Positions 25,811 through 39,424 of a stretch of DNA of 64,000 bases are shown in pieces (positions within the stretch are counted from its first letter, which is position 1; each line of letters begins with the position of its first letter). The stretch lies in the NCBI GenBank assembly GCA_040954595.2, contig CM082596.2:2164999-2228998 (forward strand), read 5' to 3'. The position numbers were made by a program, and so were the translations under genes. The notes under the pieces were generated by a model. That model was given only the letters and a program-made list of their open reading frames with translations. It had not been told where the DNA came from and made no database searches. The DNA comes from Balanoglossus misakiensis. Its lineage: Eukaryota; Animalia; Hemichordata.

Positions 25811-28800
25811 ATGGGTTACGTTCAGCAGATTAGTACTCAGGTGTCGCTGTGCGCGGTGCTGTTGGTTACGCTGTCGTGTGCCGGTAAGTTTATGTATTTG
25901 CTGTTTGCCACTGTAGACATATTTTCAATTTTAGACAATTGCGACGAAGGTCAAGTGTTTGCTCTAAGCTAAGAGCAAAATCACGCATATGCTGGAGTTT
26001 CAAGCCAGGGCCTACTCCCAAGATACCCGCATAAAAGTTACAATCCTTACATATTTCTCAAACTATGGGAACTAGTTTTTTTTAATATTGACAAAAACTT
26101 AGGATATGCCAACACTATAAATCACGAGAATTTAATTAAATGACAAATGCAACAATTGTGTAGTTTTGTGTCCATTTCTGGCATTTTCTCCATTTCATTT
26201 TTTCGAGTTAAGCCACTTGTATATTTTACACAACAAAGCCACTTCTACTTCTGATTTTTTTGAAGCCACATCACCGACATCACTATCAACTGACCTGAAT
26301 ATGTCGACAGCAGACCACAACACATTATCACAAACGATAATATCAATGAGTACTGCTGAAGCAACAAGTGGTCAGCCAAGCATAACTGATACAACAAGTG
26401 GTCAGCCCAGCATAACTGATACAACAACTGGTCAGCCCAGCACTACTGAAGCAACAAGTGGTCAAGCCACAACTACTGAAGCAACAAGTGGTCAGCCCAG
26501 CATAACTGATACAACAACTGGTCAGCCCAGCACTACTGAAGCAACAAGTGGTCAAGCCACAACTACTGAAGCAACAAGTGGTCAGCCAAGCATAACTGAT
26601 ACAACAAGTGGTCAGCCCAGCATAACTGATACAACAACTGGTCAGTCCAGCACTACTGAAGCAACAAGTGGTCAAGCCACAACTGCTGAAGCAACAAGTG
26701 GTCAGCCAAGCATAACTGATACAACAATTGGTCAGCCCAGCACAACAGAAGCAACAACTGGTCAGCCAAGCATAACTGATACAACAATTGGTCAGCCCAG
26801 CACAACAGAAGCAACAACTGGTCAGCCCAGCACTACTGATACAACAATTGGTCAGCCCAGCACAACAGAAGCAACAAGTGGTCAGCCCAGCACTACTGAT
26901 ACAACAATTGGTCAGCCCAGCACAACAGAAGCAACAACTGGTCAGCCCAGCACAACAGAAGCAACAACTGGTCAGTCCAGCACTACTGAAGCAACAAGTG
27001 GTCAAGCCACAAATACTGAAGCAACAAGTGGTCAGCCCAGCATAACTGATACAACAAGTAGTCAGCCCAGCATAACTGATACAACAAGTGGTCAGCCAAG
27101 CATAACTGATACAACAAGTGGTCAGCCCAGCAGTACTGAAGCAACAAGTGGTCAGCCCAGCATAACTGATACAACAAGTAGTCAAGCCACAACTACTGAA
27201 GCAACAAGTGGTCAGCCCAGCATAACTGATACAACAAGTAGTCAGCCCAGCATAACTGATACAACAAGTGGTCAGCCAAGCATAACTGATACAACAAGTG
27301 GTCAGCCCAGCAGTACTGAAGCAACAAGTGGTCAGCCAAGCATAACTGATACAACAAGTGGTCAGCCCAGCAGTACTGAAGCAACAAGTGGTCAGCCAAG
27401 CATAACTGATACAACAAGTGGTCAAGCCACAACTACTGAAGCAACAAGTGGTCAGCCCAGCATAACTGATACAACAAGTAGTCAGCCCAGCATAACTGAT
27501 GCAACAAGTGGTCAAGCCACAACTACTGAAGCAACAAGTGGTCAGCCCAGCATAACTGATACAACAAGTAGTCAGCCCAGCATAACTGATGCAACAAGTG
27601 GTCAAGCCACAACTACTGAAGCAACAAGTGGTCAGCCCAGCATAACTGATGCAACAAGTGGTCAGCCCAGCATAACTGATACAACAAGTGGTCAAGCCAC
27701 AAATACTGAAGCAACAAGTGGTCAGCCCAGCATAACTGATACAACAAGTAGTCAGCCCAGCATAACTGATACAACAAGTGGTCAAGCCACAAATACTGAA
27801 GCAACAACTGGTCAGCCCAGCATAACTGATACAACAAGTGGTCAGCCCGGCATAACTGATACAACAACTGGTCAGCCAAGTACAACAGAAGCAGCAACTG
27901 GTCAGCCCAGCAGTACTGAAGCAACAAGTAGTCAACCCACAACTACCGATGTAGCAAGTGGTCAACCCACTACAATATATACAAGTGGTGTTGTGTCCAT
28001 CGACCCAACAACACATTCGGAAGCAATGACATCACAAGCCAGTACAACACCAACGCGAACAACTAAAGAAGCAACAACATTTGCAAATGTAATTGGTCCT
28101 ATTCCTGAGGATGAAGACCCATCGTGTAAGTTCTTTTGCTATTCGGTGATTCATTTAATGGCAAAATCTTTAAAAGTGCTGAATGCACTTGCATTATCAC
28201 CTGCTTCAAATCATTTGCAGAAGTTACACATTTAAACAATGTATGGTTATCGTGTAGCAGAACATGATTTAGATTAAGAATGGTTCCTGGCAGTCTATGT
28301 AAACAGTAATTTCTGTTAATTTAGATGACGACCCTCCTGAGAAAACGTACAAGTATGACATGGGAGTGACAACAGATCTGGGGACTGAGCAGGAATTTAT
28401 CGAAGATTTCAAAAAAACGGTGAGTGTGAAAAACTATGACTTTGTAAAAAATTATTTTTGGTTGTGCAAGTTACAGATAGGAAGACATTGTACATTTACC
28501 CACTGGATGCTTACCCATGCATAATGGGAAATGTCTTGGTGGCAACCTCCCGGGGGTAGCCGTCCTAGCACCCAACAACAACCACACAAGAGTAATTGTA
28601 TCGAAATTTGTTCCTATCATTAGATATGTCCAAAATATGACCTAGAAGAAGGTGCTATGATTGATTGTTTGGTGACCTCTACAGACTGGTGAGTAAAGAA
28701 ATTAAGGAGGGTCGAAGATGACTCATGGAAGTATATATTTTACGTATAAATTAGAGGAACTCATTTATCAGCACACTTAAGAATGACGTTCCTTCGTGCG

Positions 28801-31051
28801 TGTAGGTCTGAGCTAAAACAATTTATCGGTTAGAACTTAGATGGTGCACGTAGTTGTCATATGTTTGTCGGAGATCGATCATCGCTCGTTAATCTATAAC
28901 ACGTTGTAAGTTCATGTTGTCTTGCTTGTAATGCAGGGATGATCAGGCAGCAAAAAGCAGAACTCGACGCGACAATCTTCGTGCACTTGCTCGGGAAGTT
29001 ATCGCCCAGTATGACGTGATATATGATGCTGAGAGCGAAACTGCACAACTAGAGGCTGCGGAAGTCTACACCAATACGGGCATAAGCGAGGAGATTGAAA
29101 ACGGAACTCTTAGTGACAGCTTCGTTGTGGTTTCCGAGCCCTGCACTGACCAGTCGGAGACTTGCGAAGGTAAAAATTACTCATTATCTTCCAGATCACC
29201 TCTCGTTTTCTTCTTGAGATAGAATCCACCTCGAAAATCACGCATAAAGTCATCAGTTAAATCTTTTTGTTATTTCTCGGTAGCCGATCCAGTCGATTGG
29301 TGTGCGACCGCAGTGTGTGAGGATGATATGGAAAAAGTGGATACTGGCGAAAGCTGTGTGTGTCAATCAAAATGCAAACACGACTATTGTCAGAACGAAG
29401 GTGCATGCGAACACACGGATTCAGGAGTGACTTGCAGGTAAGTCACGTGTGGTTGCAAGTTCAATGCGTTTTATTGTTAAATCTGATATTTATTAATATT
29501 ATTAAACTTAGTAATATACATTGTTCATTCATAATTATTAATAATTTAACCCAAGGAAGTATTTTTTCTTTTTTTCCAGGTGTCTTGCCGATGACAATCG
29601 GATGTACGTAGGGGCCCAGTGTCAAACCTTGCTTTACAAGAACACAGTAATTCTGGTGATAAGTCTTTGTTTGGCCGCTGTTTTCATTCTAGTCTTGCTT
29701 TTATTTGTGCTGTTTGCCAAGAAAGGGAGAGATGCGTTCAAAACGCCCAAGCAGCGGAAAATGAGAGGGGAGATGAAAAGGTTGGTTGAAACAAACCTCA
29801 TACTCTTTCCAATATTTTTGTTTGTGTGCATATTAAATTAAGGTCTTTTCCACTGTGAAGTCGAATAAGAACAAAACATATTCCGTCTCGTTCGATTCAG
29901 ATATCCTCCAAGATCGCGATCTGAAACCAGTTTGTCGGCCTATATAAACGACTCATTCCAGTACCTCGAGAACGAAGTAGCCTCATCGACTTCGGACACA
30001 ACCAGTGAACATGACGCGAGGTCGATCGATGATGATGTCTGGGTGAGCAACGGCGGACCGTACGTCAAGGAGAAGTGGAACGACCCTTGGGAGGCTGCTT
30101 ACGAGGCCGCTTGGAGGTCAGGGTCATCCCGACCGCCACCGAAGAAGCCGACCAAGACGCGCGTGCAGAAGCCGAAAGATGCACACGGGGCGTCCAAGTA
30201 TAACAAGTCACGGAACGCTTCCAGGAAAAAGAAGGATCGTCAAGCGTCACAGAAAACCGAGCACAAGTCACAGAAATCGAAAATCGAAGACGATCGCCAC
30301 GACTGGAAGAAGTATTATCCATTTGGTACCACGGAGAGACGGAAATTACAATTCGCGTCTCAACTAGAGAGTGATGATTACATGGGTCACGACGGACCAA
30401 TATTTGTTGATGTAAGAATATTAACATTTCTATGAACTCTCGAGAATTATTCTTGCCCTGGTACAGTAATGCCGAATTTATTATGCCTCTGAGTGTCAGC
30501 TGATACTGTTTTGAATTTGATCCAATTATTCATATGCATAGCTTCGCTACATTCTCTAACTATTTTGATTTGGTCATGTGACTGTTTTTGTTCTGCCGTA
30601 TTGTTTAGGTTTTTGTTGTTTAGTTTTGAATCAGACATTTACCCTGGTTACTTAATTATTCAGCTCCAGAGAACGAGACCTGTGTCCAGTATGTATGGAA
30701 ACCCTACGCATTCGTCGCTTGATGACGTAAGTGTAATGACACTATTTACTGGACTTTGACAAACACAAACAAGGAGGCGTGCGTCATCCATGACGCGTTC
30801 ATTCAACCGCTATAAACATGAACGGAACTTTGCCATCTAGATAAATTTATCTTTAAAAACAACAATTATCATTCGGAAAAAGAAACAGATGTTATGTGTT
30901 TTGTTGATATTTCTCCAACAAAAAAACAGTTTCAAAACATCATATACAAAGCTATATATATATGTTTTCCATGTACAGATTACAATATATCTTGTCATTC
31001 TTATTTTGTTGTATTTCATTACAGATCAACATGCCAGAACACCACTTCTGA
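25811..31051 (+). CDS. Transmembrane mucin paralog 3 with 10-aa tandem repeats, SEA-like, EGF, TM; ~1100 aa, 10 coding exons
   Basis: Exons 25811-25883 (signal), ~26239-28125, 28325-28419, 28624-28688, 28937-29169, 29284-29437, 29580-29780, 29901-30411, 30664-30726, 31025-31051. Internal exon sizes (95, 65, 154 nt) equal those of paralog 2. TM VILVISLCLAAVFILVLLLFVLF. Ends INMPEHHF*. The exon-2 acceptor is uncertain. Confidence 0.85.
26350..27990 (+). repeat. Coding tandem repeat, 30-bp units (~54 copies) in mucin 3
   Basis: TTSGQPSITD / ATSGQATTTE / TTIGQPSTTE decapeptides. The 60-nt sequence lines align in register. Confidence 0.95.
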
Positions 31052-33112
31052 TTTGCATCGTATCCCTGCAGCCAAACGCCTATTCAGATATATATTAATT
31101 GGGACACTATAAATGGGCGTGGTCAACCGCAACCTGTTTATGGGCGAAGGCTAACGAAGTCGTTTGAAGTCCAGACTTTGCGTTTCCCGGATGTGTCAGC
31201 TGCAGCAACTTGTGACACGCGCTCTGCGATTCAGATAAAAGGAATATGATCTAATGATGGACAGCAGAAAAAAAATTTATGGATTGGTGTACAACCAAAC
31301 TTGTATTTGTATTTCATATTACGCCCTTCAACTTCAGACCTTGATTGCTGACCCTGTGTGACTACTTTTATTACTGTTATGTACATGTAACATTTTACGT
31401 GTATTTCGAGGCTGGCAGAAGGTAGAAGAAACAATGTGTATATGTACGGGCTAACATTTGTAGCGGGTCAAAATTCATTATTTTAAGACATTATTTTATG
31501 ACTATTAAATTTGTATTCAAGCTATATTTATTCATTTTTGATTAAAGATAAAAAAGAAGACAAAGGCACTGATGCTTGTTTTGTTGTTATTGTTGTTGTA
31601 GTACGGCATCATATTTTTCTGAGTCACGAACAGGTAGAGATATTCCGGGATAAGAGGATTGAGACACAGAAACCATGAAACCGCTATTGACCAGTCCACG
31701 CCCAGCTTTAGGGTGATAATATAGCCTTATTAAAAATGACTCTGTTGCTAATGCAGAGACAAACTGAATGTATGCGCGGAGACCATTGACCTTGCACTAC
31801 CATGATGCATCACTGTATAAAGGTGAAGATGGGTATTTTGGTAGTTTGCAGTACGCAACAATCAGGGTCACTCGGTGCTTACATTTTGACTATATTTGAT
31901 AGTAACATTGGAATTCTTGCGATGTGTGGATTACATGTGTATGTCCTTGTAAACGGAGAGGTTGAACTGTGACCTCACTCGAGCTGACGATTTATTTGCA
32001 GGCGACGAGTGACTTAACGTCCACAAGCTGGCTTACTGGAACGGTTTATGACTATATTAAGCAACAGATAAACCCTGGAGTGCATGGGCGAGGCAGTCCA
32101 GAGTCCACCACCACCGTTTGCATGTCAATGAGGGACCCAGAATATCGAACAAATATGTGTCATCCCTCAGTAGTTACGTCATCCACACGTTATCAGTGAT
32201 GCAATCACGTGGGGTTATCGGTTTTTATTCACGTTCGGAATTCCCTGCACCAATAATTGGCTTTATTTTCCTATCGACTGATCGTTCTGCTGACTCTATC
32301 CTGATGACAGTGTTTGCCTATTATTAGATGACAAATGCCTCTAGAATTAAGCTGATTCTCACGAATGACTACCTGTTGACGAATGATTACAGATCGCATA
32401 AATCAAGCTATTAGTTAAACATGTCATGCACAAAAACTCTCGGCAATAAACGCCACCACAGTTACCATATCTGTATTTCTTCACAGAAACAGGGACTCTG
32501 GGAACAAAACTTAAACATAAGCGTAGATTGAAAAGAAGTTATGAAAGATTTAGTGTCTGAATTAAAAGTGCACGGACATAATTATGAGTCAACGTATATC
32601 GCCATCCATGATCGTTTTGACGTGTAAACAGCGTCTTTCACCATTGAAAAGCTACTTGTTTGCACAAGATAAAGTCATACATTTGACCAAAGCACAGATA
32701 GGAAAGTTTCACACGAGATTGCAAGATTGGCATTTTCAAATTGTCTTCTTTTTAGGAAAACAACACCAAAAAGTAACAACACTTTTTTATGGACAATTTG
32801 GGTAGTATGCACCATACGAATGCCCTAGTCATTTTTGGTATTTCATATATTTTTGCTAATTATTTTAAATATTTTGCCTTTCCAACAATAGTTAATAATT
32901 ACCTAAGGTGTAACTATATCATCGTGACCTACACAACGCCCAGTTGAGCGAGCATATTAAAAGTTCTTCAGTCGAGATTGATATTCCTCGACACTGGTGA
33001 ATGATGTAACACGCACTGTGGCCAACTTTAGTCATCTTCGGCACCGTGTTATCATTTTCACTTGTAACGTTGCCCGATCTTCCACGACGGAGAGATTCCG
33101 TCAAACTTTCAT

Positions 33113-36100
33113 ATGATGGAGAGGTGTCTACTTATCGGCTTGTCCAGACGACCTCGCCGTTCGCGGGCGACGCAGCTGGCGGCGACAGCCACCGTGGTTG
33201 TTTGTATGGTTCTGGTAGCAGCTGTGTACTTGTCAGGTATGTTGAAGTTGAACAGTTATGATCATATGGGCGTACGCCCTCCAGTTTCATCCACCTGTCG
33301 GAGTTCTGCTTACCAGTTAGCACTGAAGCAGATTTTAATTCAAGCAATTTAAAGCGATCTTTCCGATCGATCGCCATTAACACGACGACCCGTGACAAAT
33401 ACTATATCCGCATATTTAGAAGAACAGACTGTCGATATGTGACCTTTAACCCCCTTCATGAAAACCTCAACTATCCACAACTGCTCGGACTCAACTAGTT
33501 TTATGCTGGTGCACTTTTAACTCCAATTAATAGATGTTCCGATCTAAACTAATTGTCCACACGCAATATTTTCCGTAGTTAAATTAGGCCTCACTTTAAA
33601 TAGCACTGCATGTTTCTAGATAACGGTTGGGTAACAGTTTAATGAACTCCCTCAGTTCTTGCTTATCAAAATTATGGAAATTCCGTAAAGTTAGAGTTTG
33701 TACTGATCAACTTCACGGCACACGGTAATTTATATCCCCAAAAGACTAGGTGTTGGAAGTTTGTTACTTATTCCTTATTCCTTATTCCTTATTCGAATGT
33801 GAAGTTTGTTACTTATTCCTTATTCCTTATTCCTTATTCCTGTCGAGAGGTGACCTTCCACCAGTCAGACCTTCAGCTGGCCTTGTCACGGCCGGTTTCT
33901 CACAGAAAACACTCCAGGATTTACCCTTGCTGCAAAGTGCATGTAAATTGTCAGAGATCGAATAAAGTAATATCAGGTAGGATTGGTATACCGCACTCGG
34001 TACAATATACGCGGTCGCACGGATACGTTAGATGGGGGCGAGGCATGTGTGAACATGAAGAACCACAGCGGACAGCAGGCTTTTGCCAGTATATATCCAC
34101 TGATTAATCTGTTGCATCATAGCGATCATGTTGAGTTAAAGGTACAGTGTGATGAATAATTCTTGACCCCGGCCACTCCCTCTAATAATTGCACCCATGC
34201 AGAGTTTTATTGCAAACGGTTGATAATAGCGCTTTTGTTGTTTACATCATCAGATGGTGACGATTCACATACCAACGTAGAAAGAATGCAGGGGGCCAAT
34301 GAAGACAACAGTGGATATCAGCAAACCGCTCTCAATCTCCAAGATACAGACAGTGACATCAATCTGTCAGTTATAATTCATGCTAGTAGCAACGACTCAA
34401 CGAACGAAACTACCACACAAAACAGCACGGATGCCCCAACCTCAACATATACCAGTACATTACTACCCACCACCTTACTCAACAGTACACCATCACCCAC
34501 TCCAACTGAAAACAACAGTACAGCACAGTCCACCACCCCACTTGACGATAACAGTACATCATCCATCACCACAACTGACCATACCACACAGGTCACTGTG
34601 TCTGAAAGCAGCACACAGGTCACAACACAGTTTGGAAATATTACAGAGATAACAACGACAACGGACAATACTACAGAGGTCAGCACCCCGGGGGACAACA
34701 GTACTGCACCCACAACCCCATCCGACGTTACTACCCAGGTCAATACTACTACTACGTCACCTGACACCAGCACACAGATCACAACACAATATGGATACAG
34801 TACAGAAGTTACCCCTATACTATTCGAGAACACTACAGAAATTACAACGCCATCGGACAACATTACAGAGGTCAGTACCCTAGGGGAAAACAGTACAGAG
34901 GTCACGACCCTGTCAGAACAGAGTACAGTTGTCACGAGCACAACTGGAAACGTTACAGAGGTCACGAGAGCGACTGAAAACGTTACAGAGGTCGCGAGTA
35001 CGACGACTGGAAACGTTACAAAGGTCACGAACCCACCTGACATTCAAACAACAGTGGTTACCACTCCACCTGACATCGTAACAACGACACTTGATGCTAG
35101 TACTGTCGTCAAGACAACACAGGTCGCAACAACGACAGATCCAGACATAATCGGAGAACTTCCTGATGATACTACACTTGTATTAGATGGTAAGCATCAT
35201 TGACACGATTGTGACTAGAGGTGCTTTTGTACCAATATATCGATTGATCATTGGCTACGTCACATGCGACTGCGGGCTAGAAAGTCAAAGTCGGCACTAA
35301 GTGTACAATGTAGGCCAACATCGTGGCAAACAATGCCTCGTTACTTTTTATAACATTTCCACATTATTTTTATATTAGCTGTTCTGGTTGGCAGGGCCTC
35401 AGTAATCAACAATGTCAACGTGTATATAGACAAAAAGAGTCGCGCATGTGCAGTTCAAACGACTCTCCCCTTTAACATTGTCTAATGCTTTGCTCTGTTT
35501 TCCAGAAATCGAGCAGGTCTACCAATTTGCCGTGACCGTGAATGAGCCGTACACCGAAGATCTCGGAGACACAGGCAGTGATGCATATCAAGAAGCCTCC
35601 GATGAATTTATACAAACGGTAAACACTATCCTTGAGAATTACTTTGACATATCATAGTAGCCTAGCTATTACATGTATCTGCAGAACTTCAGAAAACAGG
35701 CGTTTTATTCTTCGTGTCCTGGTGACACTAGAACTCGAACAGGTTTTCCGAGATGACATTTGTAAAAGGAGAAGCTACCAGGATTACTTGATTTGTTTTA
35801 AAATCATGACTGTTGATAGCCGAACTATTATTTACAGGTACGTGGTTTATCACTCGTGTCAATTTCAAAGGTGGTGTAGAAAAGCTTACATCGTTCTTTT
35901 ACGCATTCACAGATGACGCCATACTACAATGAAACCAGCGGTTTTAAGGAAATCCGTGATGTCATTTTCAGGTGAGTTGAATAACTCCCCACAGTGCTGA
36001 CTTTTAACAGATCAATCACAAGAATCGTCGTTAGTGTCTTTTCTAAGTTCGAGATTAATGTTTTGAACGAGGACCCTTCCTTGTTTTCTAGAGAGAACAA

Positions 36101-38391
36101 TGGGGGAAAGCCAAAATCGCGCAACAATAAACGGCAGCAGTTTCGGCCAATCGACCCATTTATCGTTTTGAAACAACACTCATGATGAGATCACCATTTG
36201 CGTTACAGTCCATCCACCCAAGAGACAGCCAAGAAAATTGTTATCTACGCGGACGGGAACCAGACAAATGTTGATTACGATGTTATTTATGACTACACGG
36301 CAATGGACAACAAAGAGCTCACCTGTGATGAACTTGGCAACAGCACCCTCGGAAGCATCGGCGATGACTCCTCAGTTACGTACAACGATGACTGCACAGG
36401 TACACACTAGTCCTGAACGTGACTCCTTTTTGGTCATCCTTTGGCAAATCCTCTTCTGTAATATCGGTACATCTTTCAGTGATAGTCTCGCTGAATGGCT
36501 CGTTTCCTGCAACAATATTAAAGGGTCATTAGCATTTTGGCCATAGGTATTTTTACTCTGGATATAAAGTACAATTTTCTGTTCTACTCCCCATAGTATA
36601 CTGGTATATACCCATTGCTCTTTCTGCTTGCCAACATATACTATGTATGATTGTTTAACTTTGTTTGTTTGTTTACCGAATACTTCTTTGCACACAGAAC
36701 CTGATTATGATGTGAAGGTGTGTGATTACGCTCTCTCGGAATGTGAGGCCGGGTACCATGAAGTTGAAATAAATTATGAGTGTGTCTGTCAATCAAACTG
36801 TAAAACAGACGATTTCTGTCAAAATGGCGGCAAATGCGAGCATGATGAGGCAGACAGTGTCAAATGTTGGTAAGAAGTTGTAGACTTTTGTGTTTCTGAG
36901 CATAATAAGCTGATTGATACTTCTCAAAAATCTAATTTGATCTATTTATTGGTTTTTTAATCATATGCTATTTAATTATTTCGAAACATCTCTTATCACA
37001 GGTGTGTGTCCGACACGAACTCCGTTTACGTTGGAGACAGATGCCAAAACAAAATCAGCAAGGTGATTCTGATTTTCGCCATCTCGCTTGGAGGAGGAGT
37101 GTTGATAATTATCATTGCAGTGCTTATAGTGTGTCTCGTCAAATCAAGGAGAAAGAAAGACAGCGAAAAGGAGGGAGTCGATTACACAAACAGGTACATG
37201 GCACTGGATTCATGAATTATTCAAATGGGGCCAATAATTAGAACCTTTGCTTTCCTACCAAGTAACAAAAACCAATTGAGTGGTTGAAGTACTCATACTT
37301 GACGTGGTAAATAATATACAGTAAAAGCATAATCCCTTGTTGTTACAAATACATTGGCTCACTGATGTCCTCAATTCACAATCTGAGAAAGATTAATCAA
37401 CATTTTTTTCACCTGAATGTCGTTGTTCTTATAGAGATACAACACCATATGGTGAGTACAGCCGTTCCTCCAATCTCCAATCCTATGACAACCTGGGCTA
37501 CAACCAGTCCCTCGATCACACCACCGAGTCCGGTAACCCAGACGACCCACTCGACAACTTCGCCATGGCAACGTTCAAGCGCCAGAACAGCGACAAGCCG
37601 GATGCTGCCGGGAGCACATCGACCTTCACAGGACAGAAGACCGAGCAGAAAGACCAGGCCAAAGAAGACGCTGCCGCCTACGTCTACCCACATCCATGGA
37701 CGTCACCGAACAACGCTCCACAAGAACCGGTGACGCAACCGAAGGATGTCAACAGGTGGTCGACGTATCCTGGAAACTCGGTTGGTGCAAACCGAGTGAG
37801 CTTCTCCGTGGACAAAGTTGACCCTTACAAAGAAGTAAGTAGTTAGTACTGACTACTATGTGTTGACAAAGAGGAAAATTATATATTTACATACTGTTTA
37901 TTCAGGGAACTGCAAAGCCAACGTAATATATACAAATTGTGATCCTTCCTATCTTTTCAGGTAAAGATAAGAAGAGCAAAGTTTGATCGAGATTCGCTTG
38001 CGAACAACGTTTGGGTAAGACTTTATTCATTTGTCTTAGCCAGCGGAGGTCAATCAATAGAGAACATAGTTTCATTTTTCCTATGATAATTTCAGTGAGT
38101 ATTACAAGAAGGAACATGCCAGACAACAGCTTTGAAATCTTTCCCCTGTAAAAGCACGAACAATTTAAACACCATTTATTTTTGCATAATTTGTCCCTGG
38201 TTGCGCAAATTTGCCTTAAACTATCGGTCCAGACAGGAGAATGCTCCAATGCAACCATTGCAACACAATCTCAGGCTGCTGAGAATTTTGGCTCATTATG
38301 AAAGCAACAGGAGAGACCACGAAAGGGTGGAACAATTGATGAAAGATCATGCTTGACTGTTTTGCAGGTGGATGAGGAAGAAGACATCTAA
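33113..38391 (+). CDS. Transmembrane mucin paralog 4 (SEA, EGF, TM), ~754 aa, 10 coding exons
   Basis: Exons 33113-33236, 34254-35189, 35506-35618, 35913-35971, 36209-36399, 36698-36869, 37002-37193, 37435-37834, 37961-38014, 38368-38391. Classical SEA start YTEDLGDTGSDAYQE...FIQTMTPYY, EGF CKTDDFCQNGGKCEH...CWC...YVGDRCQ, TM VILIFAISLGGGVLIIIIAVLIVCLV. Many N-x-T sequons in the Thr-rich exon. Confidence 0.85.
33757..33840. repeat. Short tandem duplication containing (TTATTCC)n in intron 1 of mucin 4
   Basis: GAAGTTTGTTACTTATTCCTTATTCCTTATTCCTTATTC is present twice. Confidence 0.8.
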
Positions 38392-39424
38392 AAGTTATAC
38401 GACAGGCGTCAAGGCAAAGTGGGATAAAGTCGTTTCACCGCATTGTGGTTGCAAATTCAAGCGCCAGACTTGGCTCATACCTTCTAACCGACTTTCAAGT
38501 TTTCTCTCAAGAGGCTTAAAGGAACTGCATCAGTATTAAATGAACGGACAACAGTTTATCCATAACATATCCTGTATTTCTGTCGAACTGGCGACGATGT
38601 TCCCGAATCATATTGCGGATTTGTTATTCAAAGATTACATGTAACTCGGACATGTACGGAACTGTGTTCAAAGGGCGTAATATGCGTGTTGTGCTACGGG
38701 TTTGTTCAAATGATCAAAATATTCTTTTAATCTTGACATAAGATTCAGGGATTTAGCGTAGAATTATAATAAACTATATTGTGAAAGAGGAAATGTGTCG
38801 ACAACCACATATGGTGAGGGCGCTTTTACAGACCACGCTCGGTTTAGTACACGCTGCATTACGATGAAATTTTGTGATTGAGTGGATCTCATAAGTTGAT
38901 TTGAATATTTGATGGCCCGGCACAGTTGACTTCCTCTGTGTGGAGGTCACATGATATAACAACATTTCTGCCCAACATTGCTGGAATAATTGGCTTCTGG
39001 AGAGGACCTCCGCTCATCAACATACTAATATGTGTCAGTAAAAGAGAACAGCATGATGTGATTTAAAGCTAATTACTGAATATTAGATTCAAAGCACCAT
39101 TTCTGCCATTTTAATGTATCTATCGTCTGTTGTACATTACTGTGAATACTCAATGACATGGAATTGTAGATTAAACCACAGGGCTATTATCATGTTTGTT
39201 TTGTGAAATTCGGGTTAATTAGAGAAATCACCGACTGTAATCGCAGTGAACCTTCAACCCCAAGTGTGTACACGGAGGGCGTTGGACGTTTGTATGGTAA
39301 CTTATTAACCGGACGACATAAGCATGCGATCATTATATGCACAGACCACAATCATCATGATCTAGCTCCCTATATATCCGCTCCTATCGCCTATTTTTCG
39401 CTTGAAAAGTTCCTTTTTTACAAG

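Noticed and set aside
19063-35043. Long antisense ORFs (914-aa Val-rich, 557-aa Cys-rich, 221-aa Val-rich)
   Set aside because: Mirror frames of ACN-rich mucin repeats that lack stop codons for compositional reasons. The sense frames have signal peptides and splice into SEA/EGF/TM exons.
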